From Candidatus Latescibacterota bacterium (GTDB lineage Bacteria > Latescibacterota > UBA2968 > UBA8231), in NCBI GenBank assembly GCA_965215195.1, contig CBDCDC010000002.1, positions 1,696,001 to 1,760,000 of the forward strand: a stretch of DNA of 64,000 bases, read 5' to 3'. This document shows, piece by piece, positions 39,631-48,776 of the stretch. A program made the position numbers and the translations under genes. How positions within the stretch are numbered: the stretch's first letter is position 1; every line of letters starts with the position of its first letter. The notes beneath the pieces were generated by a model. It saw nothing but the letters and a program-made list of their open reading frames with translations. It was not told the DNA's origin and did not search any database.

Positions 39631-42339
39631 TCACGGACTCACCGCCATTTTGACCACGGCTTCTCCGCGCCGCCCGTCGTCGCCGTGCGCGATTAAGCGG
39701 CATAGGTACAGGCCGCTCGCATAGCCTTCCACCGACCAAGTGATTTCGCGCTCGCCGGCTTCGAGGCCGTTGCTGCGGTGCTGCCAAACGCGCCCGCCCA
39801 ACGCATCGAACACCTCCAATTCAATGCGCCCGGCCGCACTCAGGGCAAAGCGCAAATGCGCCTCCTCACCCGGGCCGACTGGATTGGGATAGCAATAGAC
39901 CCGGCCTAGCAAGGCCGCCTCTGGCTCTACAACGGGCCGGCCAGCCACCAGCGCGGTCCGCGACCCAGCCGCATCGGCACCGGCCTGCGGCCAATGGGCC
40001 GGCCCCCCAGCGTACTGCGCCGCCACCCTCAGCAGATCCCACGCATACGCGGCCGTGCCATCCAAGGCCGCCAACGCCAAGCGGCCATCGCCATCTAAGT
40101 CCACTACCACCGGCGACGCCGTCGGGGGAGCGGCCATCAGCAGGGGGAAGCCCGGCAAGAGCCGCCCATCATCATCCACGCCGAAAATTCCGCTGTGGCC
40201 GGCGACGAATATCTCCTGCTTGCCGTCGGCATCCACGTCGCAAAGCACCGGCTCAAAGACGAGCTCGCCGACCTCGGCAAAGCGCGGCAAGGCCGCGGGA
40301 AAGTCGGCGTGGCGCAATCCATCGGCTCGCAGGGCGTGTATCGCGCCACCGCGCGCCAGCAAAACCACCTCCAACAGGCCATCGCCGTCCAAATCGCCCA
40401 AGACCGGCGGCGCGGCCAGCGAATCGCCTAAATCGACGACATGCGCTCCGATCTCGACCTGTCCTCCAGCAGAAGCGACGACCTGCTCAACTTGGCCATC
40501 GCCGTCTAAATCGCCCGCCGCTGGGGGCACAGCCGCCGGCGCGATCTGGGGCCTTTGTTCCTTTAGCTCGCCACTTATGGCATCTACCACGTAGAGCTGT
40601 TCCGCTCCGACGATCAGCAGTTCAGCCTCCGCGCCCGCGCTGAACAGCGCGTCCAACGGCACCGCGTCCAACGCGAGCCGCCACCGCGGTTGGTCAGCTC
40701 CGGCGTCCCATGCGCTAACCTCGGCGTCGCGCCGCACAAAAACCTCGGGCCGGCCAGCACCATCGCCGGCCGCCAGCAGCCGCGCCCCTAGTACTTGCCA
40801 CGTCGCCACGCCATCGCCGGTCGCATAGCCGACCCCCCCCCCGGCCTCAAAGAGCAATTCTTCTACTCCATCGCCATCCAAATCCGCGGCTTGCAGCCGA
40901 CCGTCGCCCGGCAAATCTTGCGGCCAGCCCGGACGGGCGCGCCCAAAGCGTATGGCCACCTGCATGGTATCGCCGGGTGCGGAAAGCACTTCGATCTCAA
41001 TGCCAGTCTCCCATTCCCGATTGCTGCGCGAGTCGGGTCGCGTCGCCGAGCCGAACAGCGTTTGTCCGCCGACAAAGAACGGATCGTCGGGCGATCCCTC
41101 GATCTGCCGCTGCCGCTCAAAGACCGGATGGCCAATGTCGCGATACCCATCGGCCTCTTCCAAGGCAATTGCCTGCCAATGGGCCTGATTGTTTGCGGCA
41201 CTGGGGTCTTCAGCCCGCATCATCACGCCTGCATCCACGTGCCATATCAGCACCCCCGATCCCGGGACAAACGCGTCGTATTCCTCCACCGCCACCCACA
41301 CGCCTTCTTCTATGGCAACCTGATCGGGGTCGAGCCACACCTTCTCTGCGTCCCCGCGCTGCCCGCGCTGCTGTCTGTTCTCCAGCAAGAAGTATTCGCA
41401 CTCGTCAATGGGTATGCGCACGGCCTTGGGCAAATCGCCGCTGCGGTCGGTCGCCAGCAGCGAGAGTACGGTGTCGCGCCGCACCACCACCGGCTCGATC
41501 CACCCTAGCTGCATCTTGCTCCACGCCATGGGATGCGGCGGCGCAAAGCCAACCACCCACGCGAGGCTGTCGGTCCGCACATAGCCCGAAACGTTGGCCC
41601 CCACGTCCATCAGGCTCCAGCTACCTAGGGCCGGCAAACCATCGGCGAAATTGGACAACCCAGGTAGGCCCAACTGGTGGCCGAAAAACTTGGCCAGCAA
41701 GCCATTGAGGCCGGCCCGGCCATTGAGGCTGGGCGACTCCGGCAGGATCCACGCCTGATCGATCGCCGCGCCATCCACGGTCAGCGGGCCGCCGTTAAAG
41801 CGCACAAAATCGCTCTCGGATAAGAAGACCGAGCGAATGTCGTTCAGCGCGCCGGTCTCGTAGCCAACTCCGGCGTGGAACACGAGAAAGCTGTTGAATT
41901 CGTCCAAGCGCGGGCCGTCGGGATCGGCCAGCGCAGCGTGCAAGGCATGGCCGACTAGCTCAATCCACTTCACGCCGATTTCTTCGGTCGTGCGTCCGTT
42001 GCCGTAGTGGAGCATGGGTTGGGGAAGTGTGTACGCCTGCTGCGCGACGCGGGGAAATACCTCGGAGGAAATTTCTACCCGCCCCTCAGAAACGACCTCG
42101 TAATAGCGCGCCAGTGCGGTCAAATGCCGCTCGAAATAAGCGCGGTCGTGCGGCGGCAGGTCGTAGGGAAGCGCGTAATCCTCGGCCGAGCGCATATCAA
42201 ACGCGCCAACGCCAGTCGTCGTCGGCTCATCGGGATTTTCGCGCGGAAAATCCACGCGCAAGGCCAAAATTCGCCAGTCGTCGTCGGCCGCAGTGGCCGC
42301 TGACAACAGCAGTGAGAAGCAGAAACCTAAGAGGAGCAA
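39631..42339 (-). CDS. Secreted protein with degenerate M6-like domain, FG-GAP-like repeats and T9SS CTD
   Basis: VFHAG, KFFGHQLGLP, WSLMDVG, YFLLENRQ; DLDGDG repeats; CTD YCYPNP..SGLYLCRL; start uncertain. Confidence 0.75.
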   Translation of the reverse strand: MLLLGFCFSLLLSAATAADDDWRILALRVDFPRENPDEPTTTGVGAFDMRSAEDYALPYDLPPHDRAYFERHLTALARYYEVVSEGRVEISSEVFPRVAQQAYTLPQPMLHYGNGRTTEEIGVKWIELVGHALHAALADPDGPRLDEFNSFLVFHAGVGYETGALNDIRSVFLSESDFVRFNGGPLTVDGAAIDQAWILPESPSLNGRAGLNGLLAKFFGHQLGLPGLSNFADGLPALGSWSLMDVGANVSGYVRTDSLAWVVGFAPPHPMAWSKMQLGWIEPVVVRRDTVLSLLATDRSGDLPKAVRIPIDECEYFLLENRQQRGQRGDAEKVWLDPDQVAIEEGVWVAVEEYDAFVPGSGVLIWHVDAGVMMRAEDPSAANNQAHWQAIALEEADGYRDIGHPVFERQRQIEGSPDDPFFVGGQTLFGSATRPDSRSNREWETGIEIEVLSAPGDTMQVAIRFGRARPGWPQDLPGDGRLQAADLDGDGVEELLFEAGGGVGYATGDGVATWQVLGARLLAAGDGAGRPEVFVRRDAEVSAWDAGADQPRWRLALDAVPLDALFSAGAEAELLIVGAEQLYVVDAISGELKEQRPQIAPAAVPPAAGDLDGDGQVEQVVASAGGQVEIGAHVVDLGDSLAAPPVLGDLDGDGLLEVVLLARGGAIHALRADGLRHADFPAALPRFAEVGELVFEPVLCDVDADGKQEIFVAGHSGIFGVDDDGRLLPGFPLLMAAPPTASPVVVDLDGDGRLALAALDGTAAYAWDLLRVAAQYAGGPAHWPQAGADAAGSRTALVAGRPVVEPEAALLGRVYCYPNPVGPGEEAHLRFALSAAGRIELEVFDALGGRVWQHRSNGLEAGEREITWSVEGYASGLYLCRLIAHGDDGRRGEAVVKMAVSP

Positions 42340-42403
42340 GGGGGCTAAATCGCAGCGTTGCCGCGCAGGGCAGCAACAGAACCAGCGTCCGATTGGAAGA
42401 CTC

Positions 42404-43456
42404 TTAGAAAATGATGTTCAGGGAAATTGGCGTATTGTCTCCCACCACCTCGCCCTCGCCACCGATTATATACGCCACATCAAACTGGAAGCGATTGTAC
42501 TTTAGCCCAACGCCAAAAGTTCTGGAATGTACCTCGCCGTCGCTGTCTTGCGAAAGGCCCGCCCGCAACGCGATAAACGCCTCGCCTTCGCGTGCGGAAA
42601 GCCCGTATCGGTATTCGCCGCCCACGTGCAGATCCATCTCTTTGAACTCGTTGCTCAAGCCCTCGTCGGCCCACGCCTTGGCCAAGTTGCTGACAAAAGA
42701 CCCATCGGCGATCAAGGGCTTGTACAGGTCAAACGAGAGCATCAGATCGTTGTATTGGGTATCCATCACCTCGTAGGCCACCCCAACGACGATGTGCTGG
42801 GGCAGTGGATCGGCCTGTTCGGCGTCGATATAGGCGATCTTGGGGCCTAGGTTGCGCAGGGCCGCGCCAAAGCTGAGGCTGGAGGCGGGCTTCCACAAAA
42901 GTCCCAGATCCGCGGCAAAGCTGTTGCCCACGCCCCGGCCCCGCTCAATGCCGGCCCCGGCATCGGCTAAGTTGCTGCGAATGAACTTCAAGCCGATGCC
43001 AGCGGACGTATTGCCGCCGATAGCTGCCCCATAGGCCACAGATATCGCTACGTCATAGCTGCGGAAGGTGCCTTGTTGGTTGCCGCGCTCGTCCGTGCGG
43101 ATCTGCTCGCCTAAGTTTAGCAGCGCGGCGTTGAAGCCGAAGTTGCCCCACCCCTCCACGGGCGTGGAATAGGCCAAAAACTCGTAGGATAAGTCGTCGG
43201 CCAGCTTGGGCAGCCACGCGGTGTGCGAGAGGTGGAGCTTTTTCTTGCTCTGACCGACAAGCGCGGCTGGGTTGAAGTAGCTAGCCGTGGCGTCATCGGC
43301 CACTGCCACGTACGATTCGCCCATGGCAATGGCGCGGGAACCCGGATTGATCAACAAAAGAAGCGGCGCACTGCGGCTTTCGGGCGTGGCCCGGACCCCA
43401 GCGGGCAATGCGCCGACACAAAGGCCAGCCAGCAGCAGGGTCGTCAGTTTTCTCAT
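42404..43456 (-). CDS. porV: T9SS outer-membrane shuttle PorV-family protein
   Basis: LLINPGSRAIAMGE..DDATASYFNPAAL, WLPKLADD, NLGPKIAY..DPLP; directly downstream of porU; terminal Phe. Confidence 0.85.
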   Translation of the reverse strand: MRKLTTLLLAGLCVGALPAGVRATPESRSAPLLLLINPGSRAIAMGESYVAVADDATASYFNPAALVGQSKKKLHLSHTAWLPKLADDLSYEFLAYSTPVEGWGNFGFNAALLNLGEQIRTDERGNQQGTFRSYDVAISVAYGAAIGGNTSAGIGLKFIRSNLADAGAGIERGRGVGNSFAADLGLLWKPASSLSFGAALRNLGPKIAYIDAEQADPLPQHIVVGVAYEVMDTQYNDLMLSFDLYKPLIADGSFVSNLAKAWADEGLSNEFKEMDLHVGGEYRYGLSAREGEAFIALRAGLSQDSDGEVHSRTFGVGLKYNRFQFDVAYIIGGEGEVVGDNTPISLNIIF

Positions 43457-43547
43457 AGCGGAGTCCTCCTCAGCTAAGAATAAAGATACGAAAATGATGC
43501 CTCCTAAGTACTAAGGCCATCTCACTGCTGCAAAGGCACTCCTCTCG
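43421..43547 (-). repeat. Duplicated upstream region + RBS + first 12 codons (copy 2)
   Basis: Matches 39495-39609, with about 12 extra bases in the spacer regions. Confidence 0.9.
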
Positions 43548-43553
43548 CAATAC

Positions 43554-46500
43554 TCACTTGGCGACCTGCAAGACGGCGCGGCGCGCGACCGCAGCACCAC
43601 TTTCCCGCTCGGCCTCTATCCGATAAATATACGCACCGTTGGCCAAGGCCGGCGGCGGCGTCCAAGACACTTGGTTGTAGCCGGCGTGCGTTTGTCCGTC
43701 TAGCTGGTCCATCAGCCGACCGGCCAGCGAAAAGACCTCTATCTGCACTGCGCGCATGTCGTCTTCTAGCTCATACGTGAAATAGCCGCTATCGCGCATG
43801 GGGTTCGGGTAAAACAGGACGTTGGCAAGGCCGGCGTCGCCTTCGTCGTCATCCGCGACCTCCACCGTCGTCGTCGCACGCGACGAATTGTTGAAATTGT
43901 CCCAAGCCTTCAGGCGGATCTCGTGTTGGCCGGTTTCCAGTGTGGGCAGGGGAAATTCAATGATCCCCTGCCGGTAGTCCCCGCCCTGCACGCTGTACAG
44001 CTCCGTCAATGTGAAAAGCTCGCCGTCGATGGCCAGCTCTATTTCGTGCCCGGTCTCCCCGGTGATGTTGATGCCGCTGGGATCTGCAAGCGAGGCCAAC
44101 AGCACCGTCTGCCGCGGAACCGTGCTGCCTTTGGCTCCCTCAAAGCGCAGGGAAATTTCCGGCCCCTCCACGTCCGCTTCCACGCCGGCGGCCGTGCCCG
44201 CCAGCACCAGTCCGGCGGCCGCGCCAAAGGCCGCCGGACTGTCATCGCTCCAGGCGTAGGCGCTGATGCGGCCGTTCTTTCCGCCGTAGGTGATGTCTTT
44301 AGGCACCCGAAACGCGGCGTTGAAGCGGCCCTCAGCTACTAAAAAGCGGCCGCGAAAGATGGGAGCGCCGGTCTGCTCGTAGGTAAAACCCTCCAAGTCA
44401 CTCTCTTCACTCGAATCAAATGCCTGCAACCACACTTGGCCTTCATAGGCCGCCGCCGGCGCACCAGTCGCGTCGAGGACCTGGCCGGCGAGGGCCACTT
44501 CGCCGAGGGCGTGGAGCGAGTCGGCCACATCGATCTGCACCTGAAAGCGCGGCATGGCCAAGCGCGTGGCCGGGTCGCCGAAGAGCGAATAGCGCTGAAT
44601 GTTGCGGAATGTGGTGCGGCCACTGGGATCATACAGCGGCAGCAGCACTTGCTTGGCCTCGGTGAGGGCCAGCCCAATTGGCACGTGATCTCGTCCGGTG
44701 TGGTACATCTGCCGGTAGAACTGGCTGGCCAACCGGACATTGGTGGAGTGATATCCCACCCGGGTCGCGCAAATCATGCCGATTACGCCCCCATCTTCCT
44801 TCTGTAGGAGTGCCTCGGGTACGGAGATGCGCACGGGATCGTCGAACACTCCAACTTGACTCGCAGCCGTGAAAAACAAGGGCAGGCGACCGCCGTTTTT
44901 GAGCTTGTCCAAATCGCGGGAAAGGAGGAACATCCACTCATGGGCCAAGCGGTCGTAAGTGCCATGCCCCAAATAGGTCACAATGAGTGCGCCCTTGTTG
45001 AAAAGCCGGATGAACTCGTCTCGTGCCCGCGGCTTTTCACTCCCCTCTAGGGGAAATTGGGCAGTGTAGAGCTTGGTCAAATCCAACGCCTCGGGCAGGA
45101 CGTACCGGGCCATGTATTCGCTGTCGCGGATGAACATCGACTCGACACTGCCCGGCTTGTCGCGATTGAGCAAATCGTCCGAGACCAATGCCTGTCGGCT
45201 CTGCCAAGGTCCCACTTCGGGCGTCCGGTCGTAGGCGATGATTTTGTCGACGACCACGTCGGCTTCGGCCGCGGTCTGCACGGTCAGCCGACCAATGGCC
45301 ATGTCGGGGAACAGGTCGCCGCCCACTACGCGCGTGTACCACTCGTCATACGTGCTGTCGCCGTCTTGGAAGGGTGGGATCCAATTGCCCTGACTGAGGG
45401 CCGAATTGTTCTTGTAGTCGTACGAGCCATCGCCGAGCAAGGCCACGAATAGGGGCGCGGGATCCCAGTGCTCGGCCGCATAGGCGAGAAAATTGCGGAT
45501 CGCCGCCGGGTCCAAAAGCCCGCCGGAAAACTCGTCGTAGATGTCTTGTACGTCGATGGCTGCCGTCCGCAGGGGCGGGCCGAAGCGGTCGTCTTCAGCC
45601 CGCCATTGTGCCAAGCGCTCGGCCGCGGCGCGGAAATCGCGGTGGTAAATCACCACCCAATCGGCCCCCCAAGCTCCGGTCGTCAAACTGCCGGGCAAGT
45701 CGAGCTCGAGCCGCACTGGTCGCTTCCAAGTCGCCGGGCCGCCCACTGCGTATTGACGCGGCACATCCCCGGGCCGATCCTGAAAAATTACCGTTCCGGC
45801 TGGTGCGTCGTACGCGAAGTCTAAGACTTCGGCCAGACCCGCAGACACCTCAAAGACGCGCGGCTGCTCGGCGGCAAAACCAGCGAGGCGGAACTCGGTG
45901 GTGCCCGTCAGCGGATAGGTGAAGAGCAACTCGCCGCGCTCGGCGACAAAGCCGCGGCTGTACTCCACCTCGTACCAGTCGAAGCGGGACGGATTGCCGT
46001 TGGTGTGAAAGATCCCCAAGTGGTTTAGCCCCTCCAGCGCCCCCATCGCCGCCCACAGCGTATCGGATGTAAAGGACCTGTCGGTTGCAAAAGCCACCGT
46101 GCCGATGGTTTCTTCGTTCCAGCGCACCTCAAATCGCGGCCGCATCTCGGGCACCCCGATAAAGCCCAAGCGCACGGCCACCGGCGCGGGCGCGGCCTGC
46201 CGCACCACCACCGGGAAGTTGCGCGCATTGCCGCGAAAGTCCTCCCAGTACCAAGTGTAGCCGGATTTGATCCCTACGAGCTGGTTGAGGACGAACTGCT
46301 CGGCTTCCTCGTGGACCCGCACCCGGTAGCTCGTGGGCTGCTGCGGGTCGGACGCGGCTAGAGCACCGCTCCTTTGCTCGGCCCGCCGCCCCTCACCCCC
46401 GCCGCCAAAACCCAGCCAGTACGCGTTCTCATGCGTGTAGAGGTTGTGCCGATATTGAAACGAGCGGCTGGCCTCTGCGTATTCCCAGCGGCTGACCGGT

Positions 46501-47261
46501 TCGGCCCAAAACAAGACGAAGTCGTCCGCGTCCAAGCGACCATCGCCCCCATCTTCTACGACCAAGCCCACTTCCCGCATGGCTTGGGGCGGGTTTATCT
46601 CGTTGATGGACAAGGCCCTGCCGCCGCCGTAGTGCAGGCGCAAACTCGCCGTATCGACGTCGCCGAGCGACGCCCCGGCAGCCTCTAAGTCGGCACCCGA
46701 TATCCTGTACATCCCCGCTTCCGAGACGAAGATCCGCAGCCAAGTTCCTTCCTGTAACGCGGCCTTGCGCGCCGGCCGCCGCTTGGGTGGCAAGCACCAG
46801 TTCCTAGCTTGCTCGGGGTTGACGAGCACCCCTCGGTAGAATGCTTCGCCCCAAGGGTCGGCAACGCGGGTGCCGCCACCGCCGGTCACGTGCAGGTCAA
46901 CGACGATGCGATCGTACAGGGTCCGCGTCCCGTCTGCTTCGACGCGCGGAGCAAACGCCACCGGAACGACGCGCTGGCGGCGCACAAAACCGCTCTCCCC
47001 GAGGAAGACCGGCCCGGGCGTGGGCGCGTCGTCTTCAGCGGCGCGATCCGTTCGCGCCACATGGGCTTCGACCAGCTCCAAGCGAACCTGTCCGTCGCTT
47101 GGGACGCCGATCAAGGCACCGCGCCCCTGCTCCAATTCTCGGCCCTCGGGCAGCCAAACCAACCGCAGGCGCTGCGGCGTCTGCTCACTTACGCGCAATT
47201 CCGCCATGGCCGCGCCCGCGCAAAAAAGCGCTAGCGCCCAAAAGCAGCATGTGAATCTCAT
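43554..47261 (-). CDS. porU: Type IX secretion sortase PorU (peptidase C25 family)
   Basis: IYDEFSGG..DPAAIRNFL, LLGDGSYDYK, IGRL, YLGHG, LFGDPA, DPSGINITG..GH, AWDNFNN, CTD FYPNP. Confidence 0.88.
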   Translation of the reverse strand: MRFTCCFWALALFCAGAAMAELRVSEQTPQRLRLVWLPEGRELEQGRGALIGVPSDGQVRLELVEAHVARTDRAAEDDAPTPGPVFLGESGFVRRQRVVPVAFAPRVEADGTRTLYDRIVVDLHVTGGGGTRVADPWGEAFYRGVLVNPEQARNWCLPPKRRPARKAALQEGTWLRIFVSEAGMYRISGADLEAAGASLGDVDTASLRLHYGGGRALSINEINPPQAMREVGLVVEDGGDGRLDADDFVLFWAEPVSRWEYAEASRSFQYRHNLYTHENAYWLGFGGGGEGRRAEQRSGALAASDPQQPTSYRVRVHEEAEQFVLNQLVGIKSGYTWYWEDFRGNARNFPVVVRQAAPAPVAVRLGFIGVPEMRPRFEVRWNEETIGTVAFATDRSFTSDTLWAAMGALEGLNHLGIFHTNGNPSRFDWYEVEYSRGFVAERGELLFTYPLTGTTEFRLAGFAAEQPRVFEVSAGLAEVLDFAYDAPAGTVIFQDRPGDVPRQYAVGGPATWKRPVRLELDLPGSLTTGAWGADWVVIYHRDFRAAAERLAQWRAEDDRFGPPLRTAAIDVQDIYDEFSGGLLDPAAIRNFLAYAAEHWDPAPLFVALLGDGSYDYKNNSALSQGNWIPPFQDGDSTYDEWYTRVVGGDLFPDMAIGRLTVQTAAEADVVVDKIIAYDRTPEVGPWQSRQALVSDDLLNRDKPGSVESMFIRDSEYMARYVLPEALDLTKLYTAQFPLEGSEKPRARDEFIRLFNKGALIVTYLGHGTYDRLAHEWMFLLSRDLDKLKNGGRLPLFFTAASQVGVFDDPVRISVPEALLQKEDGGVIGMICATRVGYHSTNVRLASQFYRQMYHTGRDHVPIGLALTEAKQVLLPLYDPSGRTTFRNIQRYSLFGDPATRLAMPRFQVQIDVADSLHALGEVALAGQVLDATGAPAAAYEGQVWLQAFDSSEESDLEGFTYEQTGAPIFRGRFLVAEGRFNAAFRVPKDITYGGKNGRISAYAWSDDSPAAFGAAAGLVLAGTAAGVEADVEGPEISLRFEGAKGSTVPRQTVLLASLADPSGINITGETGHEIELAIDGELFTLTELYSVQGGDYRQGIIEFPLPTLETGQHEIRLKAWDNFNNSSRATTTVEVADDDEGDAGLANVLFYPNPMRDSGYFTYELEDDMRAVQIEVFSLAGRLMDQLDGQTHAGYNQVSWTPPPALANGAYIYRIEAERESGAAVARRAVLQVAK

Positions 47262-47352
47262 AAAGTGGTATAGGTGGGATTGATCATTTGGTCGTGGCGA
47301 TTGGCACTTTTAAGGTCATTCCAAGCCCTTTTTTTGTCAAGGGTATCTCACC

Positions 47353-47381
47353 TTGACTTATCGGCTCAGTGCCTCTATGTT
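47353..47381 (+). promoter_or_regulatory. Sigma70-type promoter of rpmB
   Basis: TTGACT-N17-TATGTT. A divergent TTGACA (47340-47335, minus strand) may serve porU. Confidence 0.6.
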
Positions 47382-47408
47382 TGATGGTTTCTTAACAGGG
47401 AGACACTC

Positions 47409-47636
47409 ATGGCCAGACAATGCAGCCTGACCAACGTCAAGGGCCTAGTTGGCAACAACGTCAGCCACTCGCAGCGCAAAACCAAGCGCGTCCAACAGCC
47501 CAACCTCATCAAAAAGCGCATTTTCATCCCCGAAGAAAACCGCACCGTCACCCTACGCCTGACCGCCCGCGCCCTACGCACCTTAAACAAAAAAGGCGTC
47601 CATCAGTTCCTAAAAGAAAACGGGATCAAGGTCTGA
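47409..47636 (+). CDS. rpmB: 50S ribosomal protein L28
   Basis: GNNVSHSQRKTKRVQQPNL, LRLTARALRTL. Confidence 0.96.
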   Translation: MARQCSLTNVKGLVGNNVSHSQRKTKRVQQPNLIKKRIFIPEENRTVTLRLTARALRTLNKKGVHQFLKENGIKV

Positions 47637-47660
47637 GCGGGCCAAAAGCCCTCCGCACCC

Positions 47661-48776
47661 ATGAACCAAGGCGATGACGCAACCAACGCCATCCAAGAGC
47701 GAGTTCGCCAAGCCCTAGCCGAAAACGCGGCCTTAAAAATTTTTGCCGGCCGCACCAAGTCCTTTCTCGGACGCCAACACGACGGAATCCCACTCAACCT
47801 CTCCGCTCTGACCGGCGTCGTCAGCTACGAGCCAAACGAGTTAATCCTAGTCGCTCGCCCGGGCACCAAGCTGAGCGAAATAGAAGCCCTGTGCCGCAGC
47901 GAAAACCAGTACTTCGCCTTTGAGCCGCCCGCTTGGGGTGCGGCTGCAACCATCGGCGGCACTGTGGCCTGCAACCTCTCGGGGCCGCGGCGCTTCAAGA
48001 TGGGCGCACTGCGCGATCACTTGCTCGGCGTTGAACTGATCGACGGCCGCGGCGAGCGAATTCGCACCGGCGGCAAAGTCGTCAAGAACGTCACGGGCTA
48101 CGATCTGTCCAAGGTACTGGCCGGCTCCTTCGGGACGCTGGGAGTACTCACCGAGGTCTGCCTCAAGGTCTGGCCGCGCCCTGAAACCCAAGCAACTCTC
48201 TTCATTCACGGGCTGACTCCCACCGCGGCGTTGGAGCGAATTCTCGACTGGGCGGCGCGGCCTTTCCAGATCACGGGCCTAGCTTGCGACGCCGACCGAT
48301 TAGCTGCCCGCGTCGAAGGCCCGGCACCAGCGGTGCGGGCGCAGCTAGCAATGCTGCGCGCAGGAGAGTCAGCAAAGTCGGAGGTCGTGGAAGAGTCCGA
48401 ATCGCACACCTTCTGGCGGCGCTGGCGCGAGCTCGAATGGCTGGTCCCAGCCGCGGGCCAACAGCGCTGGCGCTTTTCTGGACCGCCGACCAAGATGGTG
48501 CAGCTCATGGAAGCGCTAAAGGCCGAGGGGCTGAGCCGCTGGGGGCTGGACTGGGCCGGCGGCTTGCTGTGGGCCCTGTTGCCGGTGGCCGCCCAAGCCT
48601 CGCGCTTGCATCGCACCGCCGCACACCACCAAGCCATGGGCTGGCGCTTTGCAGCCGACGAGCACAATGAAGACGCCTTTACCCCACTCAGCACCGGCGC
48701 GGCGCGCATGAACCAGATGCTCAAGTGCGCCCTTGACCCACGAGGCATTTTTAACCGGGGCAAAATGTACGCCTAA
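47661..48776 (+). CDS. glcE: Glycolate oxidase FAD-binding subunit GlcE
   Basis: YEPNELILVARPGT, ATIGG..NLSGPRR, GGKVVKNVTGYDL, GSFGTLG, DPRGIFNRG. Confidence 0.85.
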   Translation: MNQGDDATNAIQERVRQALAENAALKIFAGRTKSFLGRQHDGIPLNLSALTGVVSYEPNELILVARPGTKLSEIEALCRSENQYFAFEPPAWGAAATIGGTVACNLSGPRRFKMGALRDHLLGVELIDGRGERIRTGGKVVKNVTGYDLSKVLAGSFGTLGVLTEVCLKVWPRPETQATLFIHGLTPTAALERILDWAARPFQITGLACDADRLAARVEGPAPAVRAQLAMLRAGESAKSEVVEESESHTFWRRWRELEWLVPAAGQQRWRFSGPPTKMVQLMEALKAEGLSRWGLDWAGGLLWALLPVAAQASRLHRTAAHHQAMGWRFAADEHNEDAFTPLSTGAARMNQMLKCALDPRGIFNRGKMYA

